Positions 9,228 to 20,355 are shown, numbered from the stretch's first letter. The stretch: DNA of 32,000 nucleotides from Cereibacter sphaeroides 2.4.1 (GCF_000012905.2 NC_007493.2:2160001-2192000), one strand, 5' to 3'. Numbers and translations: made by a program. Notes: generated by a model from the sequence alone, not told the origin.

Positions 9228-10510
9228 TCAATGCTCGTGACGCGCCAGCCAGTTCTCCAGCCGCTGCCGGATATCCTCGGCGATTTCCTCGTTCTCGATT
9301 TCCTGAATGGCTTCGGCGAGGAAGGCAAGGACCAGAAGCGACTGTGCGGCTTTCAGCGGCACCCCGCGCGAGCGGAGATAGAAGAGCCCGGTCTCGTCGA
9401 TGGCGCCCGAGGTCGAGCCGTGCGAGCATTTCACGTCGTCGGCATAGATCTCGAGCTCGGGCTTGGCGAGGAAGACCGAATCCTCGTCCAGCAGCAGCGA
9501 CTGGCTGATCTGGTAGCCGTCGGTCTTCTGCGCACCGGGTTTCACGAGGATCTTGCCCTGGAAGACGCCGGTGGCGCCGTTCTTCAACACCTTCTTGAAG
9601 ACCTGACGGCTTTCGCAGGCCTCGCCCTCGTGGGTCACGAAGACAGTGTCGTCGTGGTGGAACTTGCCGTCGCCCACCGCCGCGCCCGCGACATGGGCCA
9701 CCGCCTCGTCGCCCACCAGCTCGATGACCGCCTCGTTGCGGGTCATCACGCCGTTGGCCGTCAGCGTGAAGGACTTGAAGAGGCCCTTGCCCGCCACGCG
9801 CGCGAAGATGTGGGTCGAGGCGCGCCGGTCATGGTCGCGGCCCTGCGCCCGGATATGGTGGAAGCGCCCGCCCTCGGCCACATCCACTTCCATCACCTTC
9901 GTGAAACGTGCCGCCGCCGGTCCGTTCTCGAGGACGGTCACATCCGCCCCGGGCTCGACGCGGATGCAATGGTGCAGAACCGCGTCGGAGGTGTCGGACG
10001 AATGAATGTAGATCAGCGCGATCGGCCGCGGAACATAGCCCGTCACGCGGATCAGCACGCCCTCGGTGGCGAAGGCCGTGTTCAGCGCCGCGAAGGGCCG
10101 CTTCACCGGCACCTGACCGCGCGCCTCGAGCACACCGTAGAGGTCGCGCGCCCAGTGGATGTCGGACTGCGCCTCGGAAAGGAGCCCGATCTCGATATTC
10201 TCGAGCGCGAGCGGATCCGAGGCCGCCGCATCGAACACGCCATCGACGAAGACCAGCTTCAGCCGGTCGATGGCCTCGAAGACCATCCCCTCTTCGCCGT
10301 CGTCGAAGGTCGTGGCCGGCACCGGCTCGGCCGAGTTGAAGCTTGCGGGGTCCGTGTAGCGCCAGTATTCGTCGCGCCGCTTGGGCAGGCCCATCGCGGT
10401 CAGCCGCGCCAGCGCATCGAACCGGGCCGGCGCCTGCCAGCCCTCGCTCGGGAACGACAGGCCGGCGATCCGCGCCGCCAGCGCGTCGTCCTGCGGAAGT
10501 GCCTCGGCCA

Positions 10511-10511
<1 letters not shown>
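9228..10511 (-). CDS. sufD: Fe-S cluster assembly protein SufD
   Basis: 427 aa from the internal ATG at 10511 (MAEALPQDDALAARIAGL...). The C-terminal SufB/D signature is PELEIYADDVKCSHGSTSGAIDETGLFYLRSRGV. The start overlaps the sufC stop as TGATG. Confidence 0.9.
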
Positions 10512-11269
<758 letters not shown>

Positions 11270-11278
11270 CTCTGTTCC

Positions 11279-11590
11279 TCAGGCAATGGTGACGGCGGTG
11301 CCGGAGGCCGACACCATCAGCATGTTGTTGATGACCTCGTAATCGAGATCGACACCGACGACGGCATTCGCGCCCTTCGCCCGCGCGGCTTCCTCCATCT
11401 CGGAGAGCGCGGTCTCGCGGGCGCGGCCCAGTTCCTTCTCGTAGGCGCCCGAGCGCCCGCCGATGAAATCGGTGATCCCGGCGAAGAGGTCGCGGATCAC
11501 GTTGGCGCCCAGGATCGCCTCGCCCGTCACGATGCCGTGGTAGGTGGCGATCTGGTAGCCTTCGATATTGGGGGTGGTGGTCACGATCAT
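11279..11590 (-). CDS. YbjQ/UPF0145-family small protein inserted between sufB and sufC
   Basis: 103 aa from the ATG at 11590: [54 protein letters not shown]... This is the typical YbjQ signature. Confidence 0.8.
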   Translation of the reverse strand: MIVTTTPNIEGYQIATYHGIVTGEAILGANVIRDLFAGITDFIGGRSGAYEKELGRARETALSEMEEAARAKGANAVVGVDLDYEVINNMLMVSASGTAVTIA

Positions 11591-11624
11591 GGCCGGACCT
11601 CGCGGCGGAGGGGCGAGCCGCGGC

Positions 11625-13154
<1,530 letters not shown>

Positions 13155-13229
13155 CGGTCTCAGTCTCCGTTCCAGGGGGCACGGCCCCGTCGTGTCTCTT
13201 GTGCCGCCCTGACCGGACGGCTTGATCCT

Positions 13230-14276
13230 TCAGGCGGCCCGCGCCCGGTGGCGATCCCGCGCCCGCATCCAGGCCTCGGCGAACCGCAGCCCCTCGGCCT
13301 CGGTCACGCCCGGCCCCAGCGAGAGGCGCAGCGCCGAGCCGGCCTCTTCCTCTCCGAGCCCCATCGCCCGCAGGACGCGGCTGGCCCGCACCTTGCCCGA
13401 CGAACAGGCCGATCCCGCCGAGACCGCGAAGCCCGCCAGATCCATCTGCATCACCTGCGTCTCGCCCTTCCAGCCGGGGGTGACGAGGCAGAGCGTGTTC
13501 GGCAGCCGGGGAACCGCTTTCCCGACAGAAATAGTCCCTTTTCCGTCGTCGCACAACGCCGATTCTAGAATATTTCTAAGTTGAAGCACAGGCTCCCAGA
13601 GACCTTCGGCCAGATCCCGCGCCGCAGCCTCCGCCGCAGCGCCGAAGCCCGCGATCCCGATCAGGTTTTCGGTGCCCGCGCGGCGGCCCATCTCCTGCCC
13701 GCCCCCTTTGATCCGCGCCTCGAGGTCGAGCCCGCGCCGGATCACCAGCGCCCCCACCCCCTTCGGCCCGCCGATCTTATGCGCCGAGACGAATCCCATG
13801 GCGCAGCCGAGCCAGTTGAAGGCGAAGGGCACCTTGCCGAAGGCCTGCGTCAGGTCCGAGACCGCCAGCCCCTCGGGCAGATCCTGCAGGATGCCGGTCT
13901 CGGAATTGGCGAGCTGCAGCGCGGAGCGCCCCGGCTCGGCCACTGCCACGCGCCCCGAGGCATCCACGGCCAGCTCCGGCGCACACCAGGCCGAGACAGC
14001 CTCATGCTCCACGTCGGCGCATAAGAGCCCGCGCCCGGCACAGGCCAGCGCCGCCGCCTCGGTCGCTCCGGACACGAAGACGACATCCGCCCCCTCGGCG
14101 CCGAGCGCCGCCGCCACCTGAGCCCGCGCCCGCTCCACGAGCGCGCGCGCCCTGCGCCCCTCGGCATGGACCGAGGAGGGGTTGCCCACCAGATCCATCG
14201 CCTCCAGCATCGCCGCCCGCGCCTCGGCGCGCAGCGGGGTCGTCGCATTCCAGTCGAGATAGACCCGCGAGCCCAC
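13230..14276 (-). CDS. Group I (NifS/IscS-type) cysteine desulfurase
   Basis: 348 aa with a GTG start. Contains VYLDWNATTP, NPSSVHAEGR, the PLP-Lys motif SAHKIGGPKGVGAL and the active-site loop SAGSACSSG. Confidence 0.9.
   Translation of the reverse strand: MGSRVYLDWNATTPLRAEARAAMLEAMDLVGNPSSVHAEGRRARALVERARAQVAAALGAEGADVVFVSGATEAAALACAGRGLLCADVEHEAVSAWCAPELAVDASGRVAVAEPGRSALQLANSETGILQDLPEGLAVSDLTQAFGKVPFAFNWLGCAMGFVSAHKIGGPKGVGALVIRRGLDLEARIKGGGQEMGRRAGTENLIGIAGFGAAAEAAARDLAEGLWEPVLQLRNILESALCDDGKGTISVGKAVPRLPNTLCLVTPGWKGETQVMQMDLAGFAVSAGSACSSGKVRASRVLRAMGLGEEEAGSALRLSLGPGVTEAEGLRFAEAWMRARDRHRARAA
13564..13580. promoter_or_regulatory. ICE/Irr-box-like palindrome inside the desulfurase CDS
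   Basis: TCTAGAATATTTCTAAG matches TTTAGAA-N3-TTCTAAA at 12 of 14 specified positions. It is embedded in an AT-rich, rare-codon patch (about 13521-13590). A TAGAAT -10-like hexamer overlaps it on the minus strand. Confidence 0.35.
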
Positions 14277-14282
14277 GCTTCA

Positions 14283-14335
14283 CCCTTCACTCTGGCGGAA
14301 ATATCCGCGGGGGTCCGGGGGCAGCCGCCCCCGGC
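14283..14335 (+). repeat. Copy A of a GC-hairpin intergenic repeat family (REP-like), between iscR and the desulfurase gene
   Basis: CCCTTCACTCTGGCGGAAATATCCGCGGGGGTCCGGGGGCAGCCGCCCCCGGC. The 8-bp G/C stem pairs 14315-14322 with 14327-14334. It is near-identical to the copies at 17761-17812 and 17526-17588 (reverse complement). Confidence 0.9.
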
Positions 14336-14358
14336 GGCCCGCCACGACAGCCACCGCC

Positions 14359-14826
14359 TCAGTCCTCGTCAACCACTCGAAACAGCGCCGGCACCGCCGG
14401 GCATGGACGCATCTCGTTTTTGATGATGTCCGACAGACGGGTCTGGTGCAGGAAGACATAGACATGCGCCGAGAGGCCCTCCCACAGCCGGTTGGTCAAG
14501 GATTGTGCACGCGAGCCGGAAACGCCTCCACTTGCACCAGCACCGGTATGCATCGCATTGACCGTCTCTTCCACCGCTTCCATGATCTCGCTGACCCGGA
14601 TCGACTCCGCGGGCCGCGCGAGCTTGTAGCCGCCCCCCGGCCCTCGCACCGCCTCCACCAGCCCCGCCCGCCGCAGCTTGACGAACAGCTGCTCGAGATA
14701 GGGCAGCGAAATGTCCTGCCGCTTCGACACTTCGGCAAGCGAGACAAGCTCGTTGCCCGACTTCTGGGCGAGCGCGAGATCCACCAGCGCCACCATCGCA
14801 TACCGACCCTTGGTCGAGAGTTTCAT
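14359..14826 (-). CDS. iscR: Rrf2-family regulator, IscR-like, lacking the canonical Cys cluster ligands
   Basis: 155 aa. MKLSTKGRYAMVALVDLA...ISLPYLEQLFVKLRRAGLVEAVRGPGGGYKLAR is the typical Rrf2 wHTH. It is the first gene of the isc-suf cluster. It has one Cys in total (C142). Confidence 0.88.
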   Translation of the reverse strand: MKLSTKGRYAMVALVDLALAQKSGNELVSLAEVSKRQDISLPYLEQLFVKLRRAGLVEAVRGPGGGYKLARPAESIRVSEIMEAVEETVNAMHTGAGASGGVSGSRAQSLTNRLWEGLSAHVYVFLHQTRLSDIIKNEMRPCPAVPALFRVVDED

Positions 14827-14915
14827 TTTCCGGTTCCCGCCAAATCCATTGACGCCAAGCGGCAGGCCGCTTAACTCGTTACGGTTCCGGGCGGATGCAC
14901 CGCCCAGGTGGAATG

Positions 14916-14948
14916 GTTCTAATTTATCCGAGCGTTTTTGTCAAGATT
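14916..14948 (-). promoter_or_regulatory. Predicted sigma70-type promoter of iscR-suf with an overlapping IscR type-1-like operator
   Basis: The minus strand reads TTGACA (14944..14939), N17, TAGAAC (14921..14916). The 25-mer AATCTTGACAAAAACGCTCGGATAA (14948..14924) matches the type-1 IscR consensus ATASYYGACTRWWWYAGTCRRSTAT at 18 of 25 positions. Confidence 0.45.
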
Positions 14949-14979
14949 ACGCCGCGGAAGAAACAGGCAAGGCGAGGCG

Positions 14980-15639
14980 ATGCCCGAAGTGATTTTCGCC
15001 GGTCCCGAGGGCCGGCTCGAAGGCCGCTACCACCCGCAGAAGGATCGCGACGCGCCCATTGCCATCGTGCTGCACCCGCACCCGCAGTTCGGCGGCTCGA
15101 TGAACAACAAGGTCGTCTACAACCTGCACTATGCCTTCTATCGGCTGGGATTCACAGTGCTGCGCTTCAACTTCCGGGGCGTCGGCAGGTCGCAGGGCGA
15201 GTACGATCAGGGCATCGGCGAATTGTCGGATGCGGCGGCCGCGCTCGATTACCTGCAGTCGATGAACCAGAACGCCAAACACTGCTGGGTCGCGGGCTTC
15301 TCCTTCGGCGCCTGGATCGGGATGCAGCTCCTCATGCGCCGTCCCGAGATCACCGGCTTCGTCTCGGTGGCCCCGCCCGCCAACATGTACGACTTCTCCT
15401 TCCTCGCCCCCTGCCCCTCCTCGGGCCTCATCATCAACGGCACCGCCGACCGGGTGGCCCAGCCCAAGGACACGGTGACGCTGGTGGGCAAGCTGCACGA
15501 GCAGAAGGGCATCACCGTCACCCACGAGCAGATCGAGGGCGCCGACCACTTCTTCAAGGACGAAGAGGCGCACATGACCCCGATGATCTCCAAGGTCTCG
15601 GACTATGTGAAGCGCCGCCTCACCGAGGGCTCGCGGTGA
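14980..15639 (+). CDS. Alpha/beta-fold hydrolase (serine hydrolase)
   Basis: 219 aa from the ATG at 14980. The nucleophile elbow is GFSFGAW. The remaining alpha/beta-fold blocks are LHPHPQFGG and INGTADRV...GADHFF. Confidence 0.85.
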   Translation: MPEVIFAGPEGRLEGRYHPQKDRDAPIAIVLHPHPQFGGSMNNKVVYNLHYAFYRLGFTVLRFNFRGVGRSQGEYDQGIGELSDAAAALDYLQSMNQNAKHCWVAGFSFGAWIGMQLLMRRPEITGFVSVAPPANMYDFSFLAPCPSSGLIINGTADRVAQPKDTVTLVGKLHEQKGITVTHEQIEGADHFFKDEEAHMTPMISKVSDYVKRRLTEGSR

Positions 15640-16220
15640 GCGACCGTCTCGGCCGGCAGCTCGCCTTCCTGGCCGAGGCAGACCGGCTGAAGACGGTCCT
15701 GCGCGCCAACACGCTGGCCGACGGCTCGCGGCGCGAGAATTCGGGCGAGCATTCGTGGCATGTGGCGCTTTACGCGCTGATTCTGGCCGATCAGGCCGGC
15801 CCCGATGTGCGCATCGACCGTGTGCTGCGCATGCTGCTCATCCATGATCTCGTCGAGATCGACTGCGGCGACACGCCCATTCACGGCAGCCACGACGCGG
15901 CCTCGGTGGCCGCGGCCGAAAGCGCTGCCGCCGACCGGATCTTCCGCCTCCTGCCCGAGGATCAGGCCGCCGAGTTTCGCGCGCTCTGGGAGGAGTTCGA
16001 GGCGAGCCTGTCGCCCGACGCCGTCTTTGCGAAATCGATCGACCGGGTGCAGCCGGTGATGCAGAACCTGCAGTCGGGCGGCGGCACCTGGAAGGAGTTC
16101 GCCGTCACCTCCGAGCAGCTCGACACGCGGGTGGGGGCGAAGATCGCCCGCGGTGCCCCCGGCCTCTGGGCGCATGTGCGCGCTCTCACGCGGACCTATT
16201 TCGACCGGGCGGCGGGCTGA
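15636..16220 (+). CDS. HD-domain phosphohydrolase (YfbR-like 5'-nucleotidase family)
   Basis: The GTG at 15636 overlaps the hydrolase stop as GTGA. The H...HD...D metal motif is ENSGEHSWHVA and LLIHDLVEIDCGD. Confidence 0.8.
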   Translation: MSDRLGRQLAFLAEADRLKTVLRANTLADGSRRENSGEHSWHVALYALILADQAGPDVRIDRVLRMLLIHDLVEIDCGDTPIHGSHDAASVAAAESAAADRIFRLLPEDQAAEFRALWEEFEASLSPDAVFAKSIDRVQPVMQNLQSGGGTWKEFAVTSEQLDTRVGAKIARGAPGLWAHVRALTRTYFDRAAG

Positions 16221-16304
16221 TCCGGTATACCGCGGCATACCGGTCTTCCCTCGGCCACCCTTTTCCGCTATGCCTCGCCTGACCAACCATTCGGGAGCCT
16301 CTCC

Positions 16305-17519
16305 ATGTCGAAGATCAAGGTAGCGAACCCCGTCGTCGAGCTCGACGGCGACGAGATGACCCGCATCATCTGGGACTTCATCAAGCAGAAGCTGATCCTG
16401 CCCTACCTCGACATCGACCTGCATTACTACGACCTCGGCATCGAGGAGCGCGACCGCACCGAGGACAAGATCACGGTCGACGCGGCCCATGCGATCAAGC
16501 AGCATGGCGTGGGCGTGAAATGCGCCACCATCACGCCGGACGAGGCGCGGGTCGAGGAATTCGGCCTGAAATCGATGTGGAAGAGCCCGAACGGCACGAT
16601 CCGCAACATCCTCGGCGGCGTGATCTTCCGCCAGCCGATCATCTGCCGCAACGTCCCGCGCCTCGTGCCGGGCTGGACAAAGCCCATCGTCGTCGGCCGC
16701 CATGCCTTCGGCGACCAGTATCGCGCGACCGACTTCCGCTTCCCGGGCAAGGGCAAGCTCACGCTGAAATTCGTGGGCGAGGACGGCGCGGTGATCGAGC
16801 GCGAGGTGTTCGACGCGCCGGGCTCGGGCGTGACCATGGCGATGTACAACCTCGACCAGTCGATCATCGACTTCGCGCGCGCCTCGATGAACTACGGGCT
16901 GAACCTCGGCTGGCCGGTGTACCTCTCGACCAAGAACACGATCCTCAAGGCCTATGACGGGCGCTTCAAGGACCTCTTCCAGCAGGTCTACGAGGAGGAA
17001 TTCGCCGAGAAGTTCAAGGCGGCGGGCATCACCTACGAGCACCGGCTGATCGACGACATGGTGGCCTCGGCGCTGAAATGGTCGGGCGGCTATGTCTGGG
17101 CCTGCAAGAACTACGACGGCGACGTGCAGTCGGATACGGTGGCGCAGGGCTTCGGCTCGCTCGGGCTGATGACGAGCGTGCTGATGACGCCGGACGGGCA
17201 GACGGTGGAGGCCGAGGCCGCGCATGGCACGGTCACGCGGCACTTCCGCCAGCATCAGGCGGGCAAGGAGACCTCGACCAACTCGATCGCCTCGATCTAC
17301 GCCTGGACGGGCGGCCTCAAGCACCGCGCCAAGCTCGACGGCAATGCCGATCTCGCCCGCTTCGCCGAGACGCTCGAGCGGGTCACGGTGCAGACGGTCG
17401 AGGACGGCTTCATGACGAAGGACCTCGCGCTCCTCGTGGGCCCGGATCAGAAGTGGCTGACCACGATCGGCTATCTCGAGAAGGTCGACGAATATCTCGA
17501 CCGCGCGCTCGGCGCCTGA
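16305..17519 (+). CDS. icd: NADP-dependent isocitrate dehydrogenase (homodimeric, eukaryote-like subfamily)
   Basis: 404 aa. Contains [53 protein letters not shown] and GTVTRHFR. Confidence 0.95.
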   Translation: MSKIKVANPVVELDGDEMTRIIWDFIKQKLILPYLDIDLHYYDLGIEERDRTEDKITVDAAHAIKQHGVGVKCATITPDEARVEEFGLKSMWKSPNGTIRNILGGVIFRQPIICRNVPRLVPGWTKPIVVGRHAFGDQYRATDFRFPGKGKLTLKFVGEDGAVIEREVFDAPGSGVTMAMYNLDQSIIDFARASMNYGLNLGWPVYLSTKNTILKAYDGRFKDLFQQVYEEEFAEKFKAAGITYEHRLIDDMVASALKWSGGYVWACKNYDGDVQSDTVAQGFGSLGLMTSVLMTPDGQTVEAEAAHGTVTRHFRQHQAGKETSTNSIASIYAWTGGLKHRAKLDGNADLARFAETLERVTVQTVEDGFMTKDLALLVGPDQKWLTTIGYLEKVDEYLDRALGA

Positions 17520-17525
17520 GCGAAG

Positions 17526-17588
17526 GCCGGGGGGCTGTCTGCCCCCCGGACCCCCCGAGGATATTTTCCCAGAGTGAGGATGGAAGGG
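17526..17588 (-). repeat. Copy C (inverted) of the GC-hairpin repeat family, immediately after the icd stop
   Basis: The reverse complement reads CCCTTCCATCCTCACTCTGGGAAAATATCCTCGGGGGGTCCGGGGGGCAGACAGCCCCCCGGC. The 9-bp stem pairs 17527-17535 with 17541-17549. It probably also serves as the icd terminator or stabiliser hairpin. Confidence 0.9.
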
Positions 17589-17760
17589 CTGTGGCGCGCG
17601 CTCCACCCAAGCCTCCCATGCCGGGGACCGAGCCCCGCGGCCCTCGCCCGACTCCCGCCGGCTTCGCCGGGTCCGCCCGGACAGAGCAGGTCCGTCCGCC
17701 TCGACACGTCCTCCCGCGGCAGCCCCCGACCAGGCACCCTCGGATCCGACGCCCCTCTTG

Positions 17761-17812
17761 CCCTTTCATTCTGGCCCAAATATCCCGGGGGTCCGGGGGC
17801 AGAGCCCCCGGC
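17761..17812 (+). repeat. Copy B of the GC-hairpin repeat family, upstream of the yitT-like gene
   Basis: CCCTTTCATTCTGGCCCAAATATCCCGGGGGTCCGGGGGCAGAGCCCCCGGC. The 8-bp stem pairs 17793-17800 with 17804-17811. Confidence 0.9.
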
Positions 17813-17829
17813 CTTGCCGCAGGATCCCC

Positions 17830-18432
17830 ATGGCCGACCCTACCACCCACACGAAGCTCGAAGATGCCCAGGCCCTCGCCTACGGTTGCACGATGGCCGC
17901 CTTCGGGATCACCATCCTCACGCATCTGGGGCTCGTCACGGGGCAGACGGCGGGCCTCGCAGTCCTGATCTCCTACGCAACGGGCTGGGGCTTCGCGCCG
18001 GTCTTCTTTGCGATCAACATTCCCTTCTACTGGCTTGGCTACCGGCGGATGGGGCCAGCCTTCACGCTGAAGACCTTCCTGTCGGTCGCGCTCATGTCGG
18101 CCCTTGCGCAGGTCATGCCCCAGTGGATCTCCTTCGCGCATCTCCATCCGGCCTTCGGCGCAGTGCTCTTCGGCCTGACCTCAGGCTCGGCGCTCCTCGC
18201 CCTCTTCCGGCACGGGGCAAGCCTCGGCGGCATCGGCATCCTCGCGCTCTACCTTCAGGACAAGACCGGATTCCGCGCGGGCTGGACCCAGCTCGCCTTC
18301 GACGCCGGGCTGTTTGCGGTGGCCCTCACGCTGCGTGACTGGCATCTCGTCGCCTGGTCCTTCCTCGGGGCGCTGGTGGTGAACCTCGTCATCGCCATCA
18401 ACCACCGCCGCGACCGCTACCTCGCGACCTGA
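17830..18432 (+). CDS. YitT-family integral membrane protein
   Basis: 200 aa from the ATG at 17830 (MADPTTHTKLEDAQALAYG...). It has 5-6 hydrophobic helices with motifs such as GGIGILALYLQDK. The 17758 start would lie inside the repeat. Confidence 0.72.
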   Translation: MADPTTHTKLEDAQALAYGCTMAAFGITILTHLGLVTGQTAGLAVLISYATGWGFAPVFFAINIPFYWLGYRRMGPAFTLKTFLSVALMSALAQVMPQWISFAHLHPAFGAVLFGLTSGSALLALFRHGASLGGIGILALYLQDKTGFRAGWTQLAFDAGLFAVALTLRDWHLVAWSFLGALVVNLVIAINHRRDRYLAT

Positions 18433-18531
18433 CGGATCTTCGCGCCATTGCCGGAAAGCTCTGGTGTTTCTGCGCTGCGTCCTGTAACGCCGCGCTCGAA
18501 CCCCTAATCCCCTACCCGAGAGAGCACCCCG

Positions 18532-20352
18532 ATGGAGCTTCGCAACATCGCCATTATCGCGCACGTCGACCATGGCAAGACGACCCTGGTGGACGAGCTC
18601 CTCAAGCAGTCCGGCGCCTTCCGCGACAACCAGTCCGTGGCCGAGCGCGCCATGGACAGCAACGACATCGAGCGCGAGCGTGGCATCACGATCCTCGCCA
18701 AATGCACCTCGGTCGAGTGGAACGGCAAGCGCATCAACATCGTCGACACGCCCGGCCACGCCGACTTCGGCGGCGAGGTCGAGCGCATCCTGAGCATGGT
18801 CGATGGCGTGGTGCTCCTCGTGGATGCCGCAGAAGGCCCGATGCCGCAGACCAAGTTCGTCACCTCGAAGGCGCTGGCCCTCGGGCTCCGGCCCATCGTG
18901 GTGCTGAACAAGGTCGACAAGCCCGATGCCGAGCCCGACCGCGCGCTGAACGAGGTCTTCGACCTCTTCGCCAACCTCGGCGCGTCCGACGACCAGCTCG
19001 ACTTCCCCGCCCTCTATGCCTCCGGCCGCTCCGGCTGGGCGGACGAACAGCTCGACGGGCCGCGCAAGGATCTGTCGGCCCTGTTCGAGCTCGTGCTGCG
19101 CCATGTCCCGGCGCCGAAGCAGCTCGCGGCGCGCGAGGAGCCGTTCCGCATGCTCGCCACCACTCTCTCGGCCGACCCGTTCATCGGCCGCATCCTGACG
19201 GGCCGCGTCGAGGCGGGTACGGTCAAGGCCGGCGACACGCTGAAGGCGCTGTCGCGCACCGGCGACCGGATCGAGCAGTTCCGCGTGTCGAAGGTGCTGG
19301 CCTTCCGCGGCCTGTCGCAGACCCCCATCGATCTGGGCGAGGCCGGCGACATCGTGACGCTCGCCGGCATGTCGAAGGCGACCGTCGCCGACACTCTCTG
19401 CGCCCCCGAGGTGGACGTGCCGCTCCCGGCCCAGCCCATCGACCCGCCGACGATCTCGGTCACCTTCGGCATCAACGATTCGCCGCTCGCCGGCAAGGAC
19501 GGCAACAAGGTGCAGTCGCGCGTGATCCGCGAGCGGCTGATGAAGGAGGCCGAGATCAACGTCGCGATCAAGGTCACCGACACGCCCGGCGGCGAGGCCT
19601 TCGAGGTTGCCGGGCGGGGCGAGCTGCAGATGGGCGTGCTGATCGAGAACATGCGCCGCGAAGGGTTCGAACTGTCGATCTCGCGCCCGCGCGTGCTCTT
19701 CCGCGAGGAGGACGGTCAGCGCATGGAGCCCATCGAGGAAGTCACCATCGATGTGGATGACGAGTTCACCGGCGCCGTGATCGAGAAGCTGACCGGGCCG
19801 CGCAAGGGCGACCTCGTCGAGATGAAGCCCGCAGGGGCCGGCAAGACCCGGATCATCGCCCATGTGCCCTCGCGCGGGCTCATCGGCTATCACGGCCAGT
19901 TCCTGACCGACACCCGCGGCACGGGCGTGCTGAACCGCGTCTTCCACGAATGGGCGCCCCACAAGGGCCCGATCGAGGGCCGCCGCGTCGGCGTCCTCGT
20001 CTCGATGGAGAACGGCAGCTCGGTGCCCTACGCGCTCTGGAACCTCGAGGAGCGGGGCCATCTCTTCATCGGCGCGCAGGAATCGGTCTATGTCGGCATG
20101 ATCATCGGCGAGCACAGCCGCGAGAACGATCTCGAGGTCAACCCGCTGAAGGGCAAGAAACTCACCAACGTCCGCGCCTCGGGCACGGACGAGGCGGTGC
20201 GCCTCACCCCGCCCGTCCGGCTCTCGCTCGAGCAGGCCATCGCCTATATCGACGATGACGAGCTGGTGGAGGTGACGCCCAAGATTGTGCGGATGCGCAA
20301 GCGCTACCTCGACCCGCATGAGAGAAAGCGCGCTGCCAAGGCCGCGGAATAA
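18532..20352 (+). CDS. typA: Translational GTPase TypA/BipA
   Basis: 606 aa. [24 protein letters not shown] is G1, [12 protein letters not shown] is G3 and LNKVDK is G4. The C-terminal domain is BipA-type. Confidence 0.95.
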   Translation: MELRNIAIIAHVDHGKTTLVDELLKQSGAFRDNQSVAERAMDSNDIERERGITILAKCTSVEWNGKRINIVDTPGHADFGGEVERILSMVDGVVLLVDAAEGPMPQTKFVTSKALALGLRPIVVLNKVDKPDAEPDRALNEVFDLFANLGASDDQLDFPALYASGRSGWADEQLDGPRKDLSALFELVLRHVPAPKQLAAREEPFRMLATTLSADPFIGRILTGRVEAGTVKAGDTLKALSRTGDRIEQFRVSKVLAFRGLSQTPIDLGEAGDIVTLAGMSKATVADTLCAPEVDVPLPAQPIDPPTISVTFGINDSPLAGKDGNKVQSRVIRERLMKEAEINVAIKVTDTPGGEAFEVAGRGELQMGVLIENMRREGFELSISRPRVLFREEDGQRMEPIEEVTIDVDDEFTGAVIEKLTGPRKGDLVEMKPAGAGKTRIIAHVPSRGLIGYHGQFLTDTRGTGVLNRVFHEWAPHKGPIEGRRVGVLVSMENGSSVPYALWNLEERGHLFIGAQESVYVGMIIGEHSRENDLEVNPLKGKKLTNVRASGTDEAVRLTPPVRLSLEQAIAYIDDDELVEVTPKIVRMRKRYLDPHERKRAAKAAE

Positions 20353-20355
20353 GCG

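Noticed and set aside
14905-14921. A second ICE/Irr-like element (ATTAGAACCATTCCACC on the minus strand) overlapping the iscR -10
   Set aside because: Only the left half-site is good, and overall it matches 10 of 14 specified positions. That is too weak to call on sequence alone. It could be revisited if Irr ChIP data exist.
16222-16243. 22-bp imperfect palindrome CCGGTATACCGCGGCATACCGG between the HD gene and icd
   Set aside because: It could be a weak terminator or a protein-binding site. It has a central mismatch, no U-tract and no second copy in the window, so the evidence is insufficient for a call.
15603-17606. 667-aa minus-strand ORF antisense to the HD hydrolase and icd
   Set aside because: It is an antisense shadow of icd and the HD gene, with Arg/His/Leu/Asp-rich composition and no motifs.
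18181-20319. 712-aa minus-strand ORF antisense to typA
   Set aside because: typA has unambiguous GTPase motifs on the plus strand. The antisense ORF is low-complexity.
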